This document shows, one piece after another, positions 12,723-25,518 of a DNA stretch of 35,910 nucleotides. How positions within the stretch are numbered: position 1 is the first letter of the stretch; every line of letters starts with the position of its first letter. Origin of the DNA: Basidiobolus meristosporus CBS 931.73 (lineage: Eukaryota > Fungi > Basidiobolomycota); NCBI GenBank assembly GCA_002104905.1, contig MCFE01000795.1:1-35910 (forward strand), written 5' to 3'. Position numbers and translations under genes: made by a program. The notes beneath the pieces are model-generated. The model did not search any database. It had not been told where the DNA came from and saw only the letters and a list, made by a program, of their open reading frames with translations.

Positions 12723-14647
12723 TCTACGAGGTGTGAAGAGAAGTATACGACTGGTAGGTGGTGAATCCTAGAAGGTGGACGGAGCTGAAGTAGGCGGTAA
12801 TATCTAAGCTAGCCCAGCCAGAGTTCCAACGGGTACAACGAAGGGAGTTTAAAAGCTAAAGGAGTGAAACAACATGAAAAAGAGGATAATATGCTATCAA
12901 CGGTCTGAAACCATACAAATAGCTACGAGTATCCAATTCAAGGAGATGTAACGAAAAGTAGGTCTGTTCCAGAGAATGGAGTATTATTACAGGCAACCGG
13001 TATGAATTCCGGCCAACAGTTTGCGTGGAAAATCCTTGGAAAATCAAGAGAATCCTGAAAAATGGGTTCCGCCTTCGCATGGGATGGGGTTATATAGAGG
13101 TAGCTGGATGTGACATCAGGATATAGTAATTTGCACTGATGAACATTGGACTTGTTCTCGCTGGTGCCAATTCCCGCATATAAGGGTGATTTACTGATTG
13201 GGAAGAATTGATCGGTGTTGGCATTTCCATTTATCCGATCAAGCCATCATCCATCATCCATCATCCACTGAAGGATCGTCCAGGCCGATTATTCAGCCAA
13301 ATCCGACAACAAATCCTGTACGCCGCTTTACGTATCATCATATACGTGACCCGTTGAGCCTGATGAATGTGCTCATCTGGATCAAAGCTCCGAGTATATA
13401 AAATACGCGCGCATATATACAGACCATGATCACATTACATCATGGTGCTTACGGCTCGTAATTTGCGCCATGCAGTGGACACGACTGCTTTTCATCTACT
13501 GAACAGGCCCTACACCACCACCACCACCATGCATTCTATTTATCGTCTACAAAATACCATGAACCCAGAGTAATCATGGTGTAACGTTGGCCAAATTGCC
13601 GCCAGTCCTGAATTGGTGATTACTCCTCCGGGTCATACTGTGGTCGCACTTGGATGGGGTTGCTATATCTGATGGGCAGACCTTGAGCGTGATCAAGCTT
13701 CCGCTAATGGCTTGGGTTGTGTGTCCCAGATGGCGGAACACCCTATTGGGTCTCTCGACATTCAATGGTTGCTATCCCACTGCAGCATAGCTCCTCGGCG
13801 TCCTAACATCCCACCAATAACACATGATATGCGTGGTCGCTCCTGCACGTAGAGCGCACTCTGGCTTTCAGATGCGCGCGCGGTTGTGCTCAGCGGGGGT
13901 TTGGTTTGTATGGGGGATGCACATGAGACACCATTCATTTCCGATGTTTGCTGTATGGAGTCGTGATGCCCGGGGGGTGCACTCTTTGCCCACCGAGCAC
14001 AGTTACACTCCGTACCAACATGGCCCTATAGGCGGCAAGACGCCACCCATCACGATTCATACGTGATGATCAGCCGCAGCTCTAGTCTCCTAACATCCCC
14101 CGATCCATGTTGCATTCGCGCCCAGATCCCAATCTCATCCATGTCATGATGAGTAATTCCCATGAATCAACACCTCATTGGCAGACCCGTTTTCGAGCCA
14201 TTCGACAATAAAGTGCTACAGCACCATGTGCTGTAGGAGGTCCGTCGTACCTGGCAATTCGTGCTATTCCTTATGAATCCATTCAGACGTGAATCAACGA
14301 GATTAGTCTACTCCGCAGCCGTCGGGGGCGGGCGACCGTATACGCTGCGGACATGTTGGATGAGCCCGAGGGGTCTTAGGTGGGATGGTGTATGAGATTG
14401 GCGATTGACAAATGAAATCCTGTACGATTGCCCACATGCGCTCACAGTCACAGCCCAAGAGAAGCCCAAGTCCACAACGCGGCCTGATCAAAGGCTGGGG
14501 GTAGCGAGGAGCTGCCCTACCAACCCTTACACCTTCAACATGGGGGGCTGCTAGTTTAGAGGCATTACGCGGGAGGTCAAAGGCAAGGGTGGCGCTTTGT
14601 CTAGTCTACTGGAGATCTCTGTTGGTTGGATGGGCCAGCCTTTCCTG

Positions 14648-15443
14648 CTAACGGAACTCGAATGAAGATGATCGCCGAGGAACGTAGTGCAGAACAAGCT
14701 GCTGAATCCGGTGGAAATCCCTATGGGAGTAGTAGCCGGTGGATAGTTGGAAGCATATGTAGTAATACCCTGCGAAGCTGCCCCCGGTCACATCCTCGAC
14801 CCGGTGATCCGGGACCAGAAAACGCTCTTTCCATCGCATGAAGAGGCAGTCCTTATCCATGTGGTCGTACTTGAAGTCCAACCGGTTGAAATCCTTCGCA
14901 TACTCCTCGAACTCCGGGAACCTAAGCTGGGTGGGAGTGGGTTGATGAGTACGTGGTGTTCGCGGGCCCTGCCATCCAAAGCAAATGTACCCAGTGGTTT
15001 ATGTTGATGTTCTCGTGGGTGATCCACTTTCTGGTCAGGAAGGTGTGTTACCGTCTGATGACCTCGGTATCGAAGAAGGTGGTCAGCCCTGGGATTTCCA
15101 AGGTAAGGTTGTGGATGTGTAAATAGCCACAGAGATAAGAGTCCTCCAGGTCCACGTGCTACATTGCATTGACCCGGGTTACCACTTCCCTTCGAAGGAT
15201 CACTAGGCTGTCTTAGGAACACTTACTTGCAGGTTGATGACCACTTCGTAGTCTTTGGCTCCGCTGGATTGTTTGCCCCGGAACTGACTTCCCGGGTAAA
15301 GGGTGCGCGTTCCGGTAGAGAGCTGTCTCATCATATATAAGCAACTAGGCTTCATCCACGATCGTCGGCCTCTCTCTGGGCTCTTCGCAATGCTTCTGAA
15401 TGCTGGCATCCACAGGACTCGGTGACTGAGACGTGGCCGGCAT
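14648..15443 (-). pseudogene. GID4: GID4/VID24 (GID/CTLH ubiquitin ligase substrate receptor), probably disrupted
   Basis: Motifs [37 protein letters not shown] and FMRWKERFLVPDHRV...SFAGYYYICF. Introns 15226-15159 and 14990-14927. In-frame TAA at 15050-15048. The 5' end is unresolved (ATG at 15443 or 15409). Confidence 0.75.
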
Positions 15444-15950
15444 AGTGGGAGTTTGATGGGGGAACGCTGGGTGGCAAGGCCAAAGGTGTCTCCTGGAACG
15501 GTCGGCTGTAGCGACTCTCTATATCGGCGCAGAGTGATCCGTCACAGGGAGCAGGAATGCACACATAGACACCTCTGGGATGTGGTGTCCGACCAATCAT
15601 TAAGGGGTCTCGGTGAAGTATTAAGTTATCCATCGACGCAGGCGACGCGATCAAAAACCCATCCCCGAGTCCAATGAGTATATTTGATACGTGGTGATAC
15701 ATCCTCACCAACGATGCTGATTCCGTGGTTCATGTGCCGCACTTGAAGTTCAATCGCGACGAATGCATGACCAGCGGACTGATGCATGGAGTCATCAGGC
15801 GAGTTTAGCCCAGCTCAGTGGCGTGCTTGCCAACCCACCGTGGTGCTCAACTCGTATGCCATGTAGCAACTACCCATCGCATATAGCCCACTGGCTTAGG
15901 AGTTCGGCGGTATCGCATATGTGAAATTTCCACCAGCGCTAAAGGGTTGC

Positions 15951-16268
15951 TCAGAGCGGAGTGAGTGTGCTGATGGCTAACTGTTGGGCGATCTCACCCA
16001 CTGCCATGCTACAACGACGGAAGAAATCGTCTGCATCTATTTGGAACAATAAGATGGCGCTCACATCGGCTGACCGAACGAATTTGCGTATCTCAGCGTC
16101 CGGGTTACTGTTCAAACCGATAGGTTCTGGTGTTTTCGCACACCAAATCAACCGTGCCACAGTAGCCAGATCCAGCTCGGTTGTTTCAGCGCTCACGTCT
16201 GCGGGCATTTTCTGCGACCACCCTGCCAATATTTCCGCATAAATCAGAGGGACGCTCGAATGACTCAT
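15951..16268 (-). CDS. Hypothetical 105-aa protein
   Basis: ATG-initiated ORF with gene-like composition; no recognisable domain. Confidence 0.25.
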   Translation of the reverse strand: MSHSSVPLIYAEILAGWSQKMPADVSAETTELDLATVARLIWCAKTPEPIGLNSNPDAEIRKFVRSADVSAILLFQIDADDFFRRCSMAVGEIAQQLAISTLTPL

Positions 16269-16809
16269 GATACACTTGGTAGCCCATCCACCACACTCAT
16301 GGTTTGTTGATTGGAAATCCCCTTGACTACTGTATCACAATGAGATCATGAGCAGCAACTTCACCTGACAACGCCATGCCCTAGTTGTTACAGGGCTCTT
16401 TTCGGGAATCTTGGACTTGCACAACAACTCTTCCATTCCATATTTCCCGGACTACCACTCACCACTAACCATGAAAAGGTGTGAAAGCTAAGGGTTGCAT
16501 ATACATATTATCAACCAGAACTGGTTCTTTAGATCCCAGCTTATGTACTCTGTTATTTCCAGCCCAAATTCTAGGTTGAGATCTACCTGGATATCATATG
16601 GTATTCTGCCAGTGTTCTTTGATTTTTCAGTCAATTTTTCCAGTGTTAATGTCTCCAGGGTCAACAAGCTGATGGTTATCCTGCTCAGTATGGGGGTGAA
16701 TCAAACACATCATTTTCAGGTGCATGTTTCCACTGGTTGTCAAAAAGGCTGGACCTCATGGTAATGAGGATTGGCACTCTACTGACCATTTGAGCTTTTT
16801 CTCATAGGG

Positions 16810-16930
16810 CTGTTGGTTTGCCAAGCTCATGAAAATGCCTAAACAATGCTTTTGCATCCCACTGATGATTAAGAAGAAATGTAGTTGGCTTGCTCTTCCA
16901 GTCACTATCAAGGTCTCCAATGGTTCTCAC
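16810..16930 (+). repeat. Highly degenerate copia LTR remnant (host of the solo LTR)
   Basis: Weak similarity to the 3' half of the family LTR. It resumes after the solo LTR as ...ctcacAACA followed by a degenerate PBS (ggtcaagagcccc). Left boundary is uncertain. Confidence 0.55.
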
Positions 16931-17262
16931 TGTTGTAAAAATTTGTATTTCCACCTATATATTCACCTAACTTAGTCACTTAGATCATCACCTTCAAATC
17001 CTAGAGAATACTGACCAAATTCCTTGTCAGGATTTACTTAGAATATTTACCCAGAACATGAAAATTAGATAAGTTGTCCAAACAGCCCCAAACTTTGCAC
17101 ACATGTTCTTGGGACCTTCCTTAACCTATTCTACATGCTTGTAATGCCAAGACCAGGTAAAAGTATAAATACTACTTTTACATTCAATAAATCATTAAGT
17201 GAAAACCAAATAATCTACTTGTCCTCCCAATCACTTCCAATATCTCCAAGACTCTTACAGCA
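16931..17262 (+). repeat. Solo LTR of the copia family with 5-bp TSD CTCAC
   Basis: TGTTGTAAAA...CTTACAGCA, similar to LTR 25142-25487. CTCAC occurs at both 16926-16930 and 17263-17267. Confidence 0.9.
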
Positions 17263-17270
17263 CTCACAAC

Positions 17271-18429
17271 AGGTCAAGAGCCCCAAGCCATCCCCACAGT
17301 AGTGTTGCTACTGCACCTACTACATTCTTCCCCTATTTTGCAAAATTGGATGGACTTGATCATCATGTCACAGGGTGTAATGACATTGTTGTTACAGGAA
17401 AGAGGCTTTTGGATTGTTGCTGTATCATGGGATTACCCCTAAACATGCAGGAGAAGAATTCCTGTATTGTCCAATGAGTGAATCAGGAGCTATAAGCCTG
17501 GTTTGTCTGATCTTCAAGGACCACATGCTAACTGTCAATGCTAAAGAGTTAAAGTTACAAAATTCATCCAAGTAACGCTGAACATCTAGATATCATTGCA
17601 TAAATTTGTAAATGTACCTGAATACTCACTTAGCTTGGTCACTAAGATCATTACCTACATATCTTAGAAAATTCCACCATATCCCTTGTTGGGACTTAAA
17701 TAGAATAGTATAACCAAAACATCAGATACTTAGTACAGGAAATTTTGATAATTGTCCAAACAGCCTCAACCTCTAATCACATGTGCTTGGAACTTCTTGA
17801 ACCATTCACTACATGTTTGTCTTACCAAGATCATCTAAAAGTATATATATCACTTTTACAATCAGTAAACTACTGATTGAAATATATAAAAATTACTTCT
17901 TCTCCCAGTCCCTTCCAATATCTCCAAACTCTTACAGCAGGTTATAAGCCTCAAGCTGTCACTCCTGCCAATGTTTACTACTGCTAACACTAGAATTCTT
18001 GCCTTGGCAGAAATGCTCCATGGATCTAACCACCAAGTCTGGAAGGTGAAGATGAAAATACTGCTACAGCAAAGAGGCCTCTAGGATATTGCTAAGAGAG
18101 TGGAATGTCCTTCTGAAGGGGCAGTAAAAGAAGTCCCAACGTACCAGAAGAAAGAACAATGCATCTTCAGCTGCATATGCCTTAGTGTCAAGGACAAACT
18201 GCTACTTATGTACCCAATAGAAAAACCATAAGGGATGATTGGAGGACATCAGAAGACACCTGTTAGTCATACTCAGCAGTTGAGAAAATGTACAATGGAA
18301 CAATATTCCTTGCTACAGAGATGCTATCAGGGGATGAAGTAAAATATCTAGATAACAGATTTACCCTATTGGCTGATGAGAATAGATGAGATATGTGGGC
18401 ATGCAAGCTATTGATAAGTATGTAACAAT
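17271..18429 (+). mobile_element. Degenerate copia remnants: gag 5' (17271-17593), LTR (~17594-17939), PBS (17940-17950), gag (17950-18429)
   Basis: Nucleotide similarity to the gag and LTR of elements A and C (e.g. caagtctggaaggtgaagatgaaaatactgctacagcaaagaggcc). Many stops. Confidence 0.8.
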
Positions 18430-21400
18430 TGTTGTAAGAGTCTTGGAGATATTGGAAGTGCTTAGGCAAGCATGTAAATTGTGTGGTTTTCATATTATCA
18501 TTTATTAAATGCAAAAGTAGTGTTGGTACTTGAACATGGTCTTGGCATGGCTAACATGTAGGATAGACTCAGAAAGGTCCCAAGATCATGTGTGCAAAGT
18601 TTGGCACTGTTTGGACAACTTATCAAATGCTCATGTTTTGGGTCCTCTGCATCTTGGTGAGAATATTCTCAGCAAATTCCATCAAGGAATTTGGTCATTT
18701 TTCTCTAGGATTTGTAGGTAATGATCCAAGTGACTACACTAGGTGGATATACAGGTGGAATTATAAGTTTTTACAATACTTCCACTCAACTAAATGCTCA
18801 CACTGATCAGTCCTAATTTTGACCTGAGATATTCAAATTTGGCTCTAGCTAGTGGTTTGGTAAATATGTCTGCAATTATTTCATCTGTAGGACAGTAAAC
18901 CAGGTTAACTAAGCTATTCCTTATAGCTTCACCTATGAATTGATGGTCAATATCTATGTGCTTAGTTCTTGCATGAAAAGTTAGATATCTGCATAATTGT
19001 ATGTATCCTTGAATATCTTGAACTAAAGTGATAGGCACTTTCCACCATAAGTCCAAATCTCTACAGGCTTTCTTAACTGCATCACTTCTTTTGTAACTTC
19101 ACAGGCTGCCATATACTCTGCTTCTGTGGTGGAAAGTGCCATGGTTGGTTGCTTTGTTGAATTCCAAGAAATTGCACATTTACTGTAAAGAAAGGTGTAT
19201 ACCATGGTGGATCATCTGTTTTCTAAGCCTTACCCCCAATCAGCGTCAGAGTAACCTGCAAGATCCTGCTCTGCATCTTTAAATGAGTACCTTAAGCAGA
19301 CATCAGTAGCTCTCTTTAGGTATCTAAAAATCCACTTAACTACTGCAATTGGATCAGATCCACAGTTCTGATTATGCTGGCTGAGAAGTTCCACCTAATA
19401 TAAGATATCTGGACATGTTCTAAGCATTATGTACATCACGTTGCTGGCCATAAGCTGATAAGGAAAGCCACAGCTTTCAGATGGCATCAAGCTCTCTTGA
19501 CTTGGTTGAGTTTTGGCCAAGTTTGGGCTTGTCTGCAGTGGGGTAGCTGCTGGTTTACAGTCTTCCATTTGATATCTCTCTAGTTTATCCTAAATATACA
19601 TGGGTTGGCTTAGGGTGATTATCTGGGTACCTCTGTCTATGGAGAGCCTTATCCATAAGCAGTAGCCAAGCTCTATTAGATCTGACATCTTGTACTCCTT
19701 AGATAGGCAGGATTTAGTCCCTTCCAATGTTTCTGGGTTATAAGTGGCTATGATAAGATCATCCACATATAGAGCCAATAGAACTGGATTTGCCCTATCC
19801 GGCTATTCTGGATAATAAGTCTGCAGTGCTCTTTTGGAAACCCAAAGATTCCAAGTATTAATCTATGTTGCAATTCCAGGCTCTCAGTGAATGTTTCACA
19901 CCCTGCAGAGATTTTTTAAGCTTTCAGACCAAATGGGGCTTATATTGGTCAGCAAACACATTAGGCTAGTCCATGTACATGTCTTCATTGGTTCCCCACT
20001 CAAAAATGCAGATTTTACATCCATTTGATGTATAAAAATATGTATTTGACTGCAATAGCTAATATTAATCTGATGAAATTAAATTTGGCTACCAGTGCCA
20101 TGGTCTCCATATAGTCAGGCCCTCTTGTTTGAGAGAATCATTTGTCTACAAGTCTTGCTGTGCATCTTTTGATTGTACCATAGGCTTGAATATTGTATTG
20201 AAGACCTATTTGCATCCAGATGATTTTTGGTTCACTGGTAATTCACTAAGTCCCATATTTGATATTCCATCAGAGCCTGATCCTCCTCAGTCATGGCAGA
20301 TCTCCAAAACTTTATCTGAGGACTATATAGGGCCTCTTTTAGAGTCTGGGAATCATTGATATGGACTGAATAGGCATAGGTTAAGTTTGTACCCTCATTG
20401 ATATGGTAATTTGGGCTATTTCAGGTCCAGTAGGATCTCCTGAGCTATGATACCGGAATGATCTCCTCTAGGATGTTCCTTGGTACTGATTCAGGCTGAA
20501 CCACAGTTGTAGAGTCCTCTGGGATGAAAACATTCTCATTTTTTGCTCTGATTTAATCCTGACCATTGGTGGACTAGAGGTGAGATTCTTGTCATCAACT
20601 GATGTCATTTTTGGTGGAAGTTTTCAATTTTCATGCTCTGCACTTGGTCTGTATCCATACCATGCTTCACATGGAGTAGAAATACAAAATATTCTGTTAT
20701 AACTCCTCTTTATATGATATACAGCAGTGGCAACTGATTCCACCCATAAATCATAGGATAATTTTTGATCATGGATCATAGATCTTGCCATATCATTTAT
20801 TGATCTGTTAGCATATTCTACTACTCCATTTTGCTGTGGGGAGTATTGTACAGTAGTCTCTTGCATTATTCCATGAATTTTGCAGAAGTTGATGAAGAGC
20901 TTTGAGGTATATTCTCCACCATTGTCAAAGTGTATTTTCTTGATTTTTTCACCAGTTTCTCTCTCCACCATGGCTTTAAACTCCCTGAGCTTAGACAGAG
21001 CTTCTTCCTTTCTCTCCATGAGTTAGACCCATGTGTATCTGGTATAATCATCAACAAAAATGATTAAATACTTCATCCCACCTACGGATAAATTTTGCAT
21101 AGGTCCACACAGATCTGAGTGAGTTAGATCTAATTTTTTTTAGTTTGGATTGACACAGAGCTCTTGAACAGTTGTCTGGCCTGTTTCCTATATATACAGG
21201 CTTCACAGTGCTCCAAATTAGCTGGGGATCAATTTTTACTCCAGAAATTAGCTGATCTTTGATCATTTTGTGAAAATAATCAAAATTGATGTGCCCAAAT
21301 CTCCTGTGCCAAAGCATTGGTGATTCTTCATTTAAGTTACTTATATTGGCTTCCAAATATGATAGAACATAAGTCAACTTGTATAGATTTTGATCTCTGA

Positions 21401-22920
21401 TACCCAAAGTAATATGGGTACCATTTTCATCAGTGATCTTGCATCCAGAATTGTCAAAGCTGATACTGAGTCCTTCTGCAGTGGCCTTGCTTACAGATAG
21501 TAGGTTCTTGGCTATTTCTGGTACATAGAGTACTTCTTTGAAGGTCAGTGTATGGCTTCCATCACTGCTTCTTAGGTTTACTTGGATAATTCCTTTTCCC
21601 ACTGCATCAAGTGTTCTATTGTCACCCATGAAAACCTTCTTAATTGGAATTTCTTGATATTGGGTAAAAAGTTCATTTTGGTGTGTAAAGTGTTTAGATG
21701 CTCCATAGTCCATACACCACATCTGAGAATCCTTGTATGTGGTCATATTTAGTGCAGATATAAATAGTCTATCTTCAGTTGCTGCAGCATTTCCATATTC
21801 AGGCTTTTCCTGCTGACTATCTTTCATTTTGAAGCACTGGTCTGATGTGTTCCTTTCCTTTTGCAGTAGTTGCAAAACAGGTTGCTGTTGCCTTTGTAGG
21901 GTCTTGGGTATCTCCTTTGTTGGCTATCATTGCTTATTAAAGCATTTTCGTCTTCCTTCTTATTGGCGCTTGATTTTCTTAATTCTTCATCCATGAGCCT
22001 TCCATATACGTAATTTAAAGTCAAATCTTCAGTTCTGGACTCTAGGGCTGATACAAGGCCCTGAAACTTGTCTGTCAGGCTATTCAGGATGGTAACTATT
22101 ACATCCTCATCAGTAGTTGGTACACCCACATATTCCATCTCATCTACCAGCAGGGTAATTCCATTAATTAGATTTTTCATTTCTTCTCCTGGCAGCATCT
22201 TTGTAGTAAAGAATATTTGTCTCAGATACATCTTCTTGGCAGCTGAACATGACTGGTAGGTGTCTTCTAATGCCTTCCAGGTGTTGTTTGCCATTTTTGC
22301 TCTTGAGCATTGAATTAGCAACTTGTCCTTGACATTAAGGCAAATGCAGTTAAAGGCACTTTGTTCTTTCTTCTGGTACTTTAAGGCTTCCTCTCCCACA
22401 TTTTTAGGAGGGCATTCTTCTCCCATGACAATATCCCAAAGGCCTCTTTCTTGTAGCAGCATCTTCATCTTCACCTTCCACACTTAGTAGTTAGATCCAT
22501 CCAACTTTTCAGCAGAGGGAAAAATTCCAGTAATAGCAGTAGTAGACATTGCAGAGAGTGACAGCTTGGGGCTCATAACCTGTTGTAAGGGTCTTGGAGA
22601 TATTGGAAGTGACAAGTAGATGATATGGTTTTCACTTAATGATTTATTGAATGTAAAAGTAGTGTTTATACTTTTACCTGGTCTTGGCATTACAAACACA
22701 TAGAATAAGTTAAGGAAGGTCCCAAGAACATGTGTACAAAGTTTGGGGCTATTTGGACAACATTGAGAATTTTCATGTTTTGGGTACCTGGTATTTTGGT
22801 GAAAATATTCTAAGTAAATCCCAACAAGGAATTTGGTCAGTATTCTCTAGGATTTGAAGGTTATGATCTAAGTGACTAAGTTAGGTGAATATTTAGATGG
22901 AAATACAAATTTTTACAACA
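18430..22920 (-). mobile_element. Ty1/copia LTR retrotransposon 'A', near full length, defective, probably chimeric
   Basis: 3' LTR 18430-18778, PPT-like TTGAGTGGAAG adjacent to it, then RNase H, RT (ALYVDD), integrase, protease and gag fragments, PBS 22569-22580, 5' LTR 22581-22920. Domain order is GAG-PR-INT-RT-RH. No TSD (ACAAT vs AATTC). Confidence 0.93.
18790..22549 (-). pseudogene. Copia gag-pol pseudogene of element A
   Basis: gag WKVKMKMLLQERGLW and zinc knuckle CNYCKRK; protease WCMDYGASKHFT; integrase WHRRFGH and PQQNGVVEYANRS; RNase H ALSTTEAEYMAA and RTKHIDI. Multiple stops and frameshifts. Confidence 0.9.
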
Positions 22921-23620
22921 AATTCCATATTGAAAGGTGTAGAAGTTGGCCTGTGACCAAGAGAAATCCAGCCTACCTTGGTAGAGTTTTCCAAATAAAA
23001 ATTAGTTGCTTGTTGCACCCAACCCTACTATGCATTACTTAACTGATGACCCACACATTGGGGCTTCTTAGCTTGTTAGTGCCATAGGCATAGGGGTCTC
23101 CAAGTGAACATCTGTCCTCAGTATTTTCCACCTCTTCCTGGCTGTCCTCCATGTGCCAGCTCATCACATCCATGACAGACTTGAAGGTAATATTCTTGAT
23201 GAGATTGGGGTAAGGTAGTACCTTCAACCTGACCTGTGTTCCTCTCTCCCCACACATCTGCTCCATAGGAAACTCCCACAAGGTGAAGCAAGGCCCAATA
23301 TTCACCACACACCATGCAAGATGGAGTAGATAATGGATACAGTGGCAGCAGAGATCTATGCATTCAGCTTTATGTTTATAGTATAGCCACTCAAATTCAG
23401 TCACAAACTCCTAGCACAACACCCTGATGTAAAATTATTGAGGTGATCCCATCAAAAGGCCATCACAAAGTTGAAGCCCTGTGGCAAAGAGGTACTGATT
23501 CCATTAGAACACTGTCCAGAGAGTGTTGAAAAATAGTTGCGCCTCAGATTTCACAAAAAACTTGGTCAAAATGTTTCATCACAACAATGTATAAGCGGCT
23601 TTTGACTGGTTCCCTGCCAA
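22921..23620 (-). pseudogene. CACTA/EnSpm-like transposase C-terminal fragment
   Basis: EFVTEFEWLYY...IHYLLHLAWCVVNIGPCFTLWEFPMEQMCG resembles the conserved H-x-L-x-H...GP...W-x-F-x-x-ER motif of tnp2/CACTA-like transposases. Boundaries approximate. Confidence 0.7.
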
Positions 23621-25487
23621 TTTGCTCACATGCTGATCCCAGACACTCTATTGCCTCCTATGTTTGTGTGCATTGTTTGGCTGTTGCCTCTTTTTCACAC
23701 TCCTTACTTCCTGACTCAACCATTTCTCTTACTTTTGATGCGTACAAATTGATTTATTTCTGTTGAAACTTCAGTTGTACCTCAATTTCCAATTGTATTT
23801 GTTGTAAGAGTCTTGGAGATATTGGAAGTGATTGGGAAAACAAGTAGATTATGTGGTTTTCACTTGATGATTTATTGAATGTAAAAGTAGTATTTATACT
23901 TTTACCTGGTCTTGGCATTACAAACATGTAGAATAGGTTAAGGAAGGTCCCAAGAACAAGTTTGCAAAGTTTGGGGCTGTTTGGACAACTTTGAGAATTT
24001 TCATGTTCTGGGTACCTGGTATTTTGGTGAAAATATTCTAAGTAAATCCCAACAAGGAATTTGGTCAGTATTCTCTAGGATTTGAAGGTGATGATCTAAG
24101 TGACTAAGTTAGGTGAATATTTAGGTGGAAATATGAATTTTTAACAACAATAAGGAAAGTCAGGGCTTTCAGATGGCACCAAGCTCTCTTGATTTGGTTG
24201 AGTTTTGACCAAGTTAAGGTTTGTCTCCATTGGGGTAGCTGCCGGGTTACAGTCTTCCATTTGGTACTTCTTTAGTATATCTTGAATATACTTGGATTGA
24301 CTTAGGGTGATAGTCTGGGTACTTCTGTGTATGGAGAACTTAATCCCTAAGTAGTAACTAAGTTCTCCTAGATTGGACCTCTTGAACTCCTTAGATAGGC
24401 TGGATTTAGTCTCTTCCAATATTTCTAGGTTATTGGCGGCTATAATAAGATCATCCACATATAGAGCTAATAGAACTGGATTTGCTCTATCTGGCTTATA
24501 GTATATACTATAGTCAGCATTACTCCTTTTGAAACTCAAAGATTCCAAATAAGAATCTATCTTGCAATTCCAGGCTCTTGGTGATTGTTTAAGACCATTT
24601 AGTGACTTTTTAAGCTTGCAGACCAAATGGGGGTTATTTTGGTCAACAAACCCATCAGGCTGGTCCATATACATGTCCTCATCAAGTTCTCCATTCAAAA
24701 GTGCAGTTTTTACATCCATTTGATGAATAAAAAACTTATATTTGGCTGCAATAGCCAATATTAATCTGATGGAATTAAACTTGGCTACCAGTGCAAAGGT
24801 CTCAGTATAGTCAAGTCCTTTTGTTTGAGAGTATCCTTTGGCCACAAGTCTTAAAGGCACTTTGTTCTTTCTTCTGGTACTTTAAGGCTTCCTCTCCCAT
24901 ATTTGTAGGAGGGCATTCTTCTCCCATGACAATATCCCAAAGGCCTCTTTCTTGTAGTAGCATCTTCATCTTCACCCTCCACACTTGGTATTTAGATCCA
25001 TCCAACTTTTCAGCAGAGGGAAAAATTCTAGTAATAGCAGTAGTACACATTGCAGAGAGTGACAGATTGGGCTCATAACCTGCTGTAAGAGTCTTGGAGA
25101 TATTGGAAGTGATTGGGAGAACAAGTAGATTATGTGGTTTTTGTTGCAAAACTTTGTATTTCCACCTAAATATTCACCTAACTTAGTCACCTAGATCATC
25201 ACCTTCAAATCCTAGAGAATACTGACCAAATCCCTTGTTGGGATTTACTTAGAATATTTTCACCAAAATGCCAGGTACCCAGAACATGAAAATTCTCAAA
25301 GTTGTCCAAACAGCCCCAAACTTTGCACACATGTTCTTGCCTTCCTTAACCTATTCTACATGTTTGTAATGCCAAGACCAGGTAAAAGTATAAATACTAC
25401 TTTTACATTCAATAAATCATCAAGTGAAAACCACATAATCTACTTGTTTTCCTAATCACTTCCAATATCTCCAAGACTCTTACAACA

Positions 25488-25499
25488 GGTTATGAGCCC
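25488..25499 (+). promoter_or_regulatory. Primer-binding site GGTTATGAGCCC (internal, half-tRNA-iMet type)
   Basis: Directly follows the LTR-terminal CA. It is the reverse complement of GGGCUCAUAACC, the anticodon stem-loop of initiator tRNA-Met. Same site at 25069-25080 and 22569-22580 on the minus strand. Confidence 0.85.
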
Positions 25500-25518
25500 C
25501 AAGCTGTCACTCTCTGCA

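Noticed and set aside
13397-13573. TATA-like sequence, (CAC)n tract and a ~43-codon ORF
   Set aside because: Too short, with no supporting motif.
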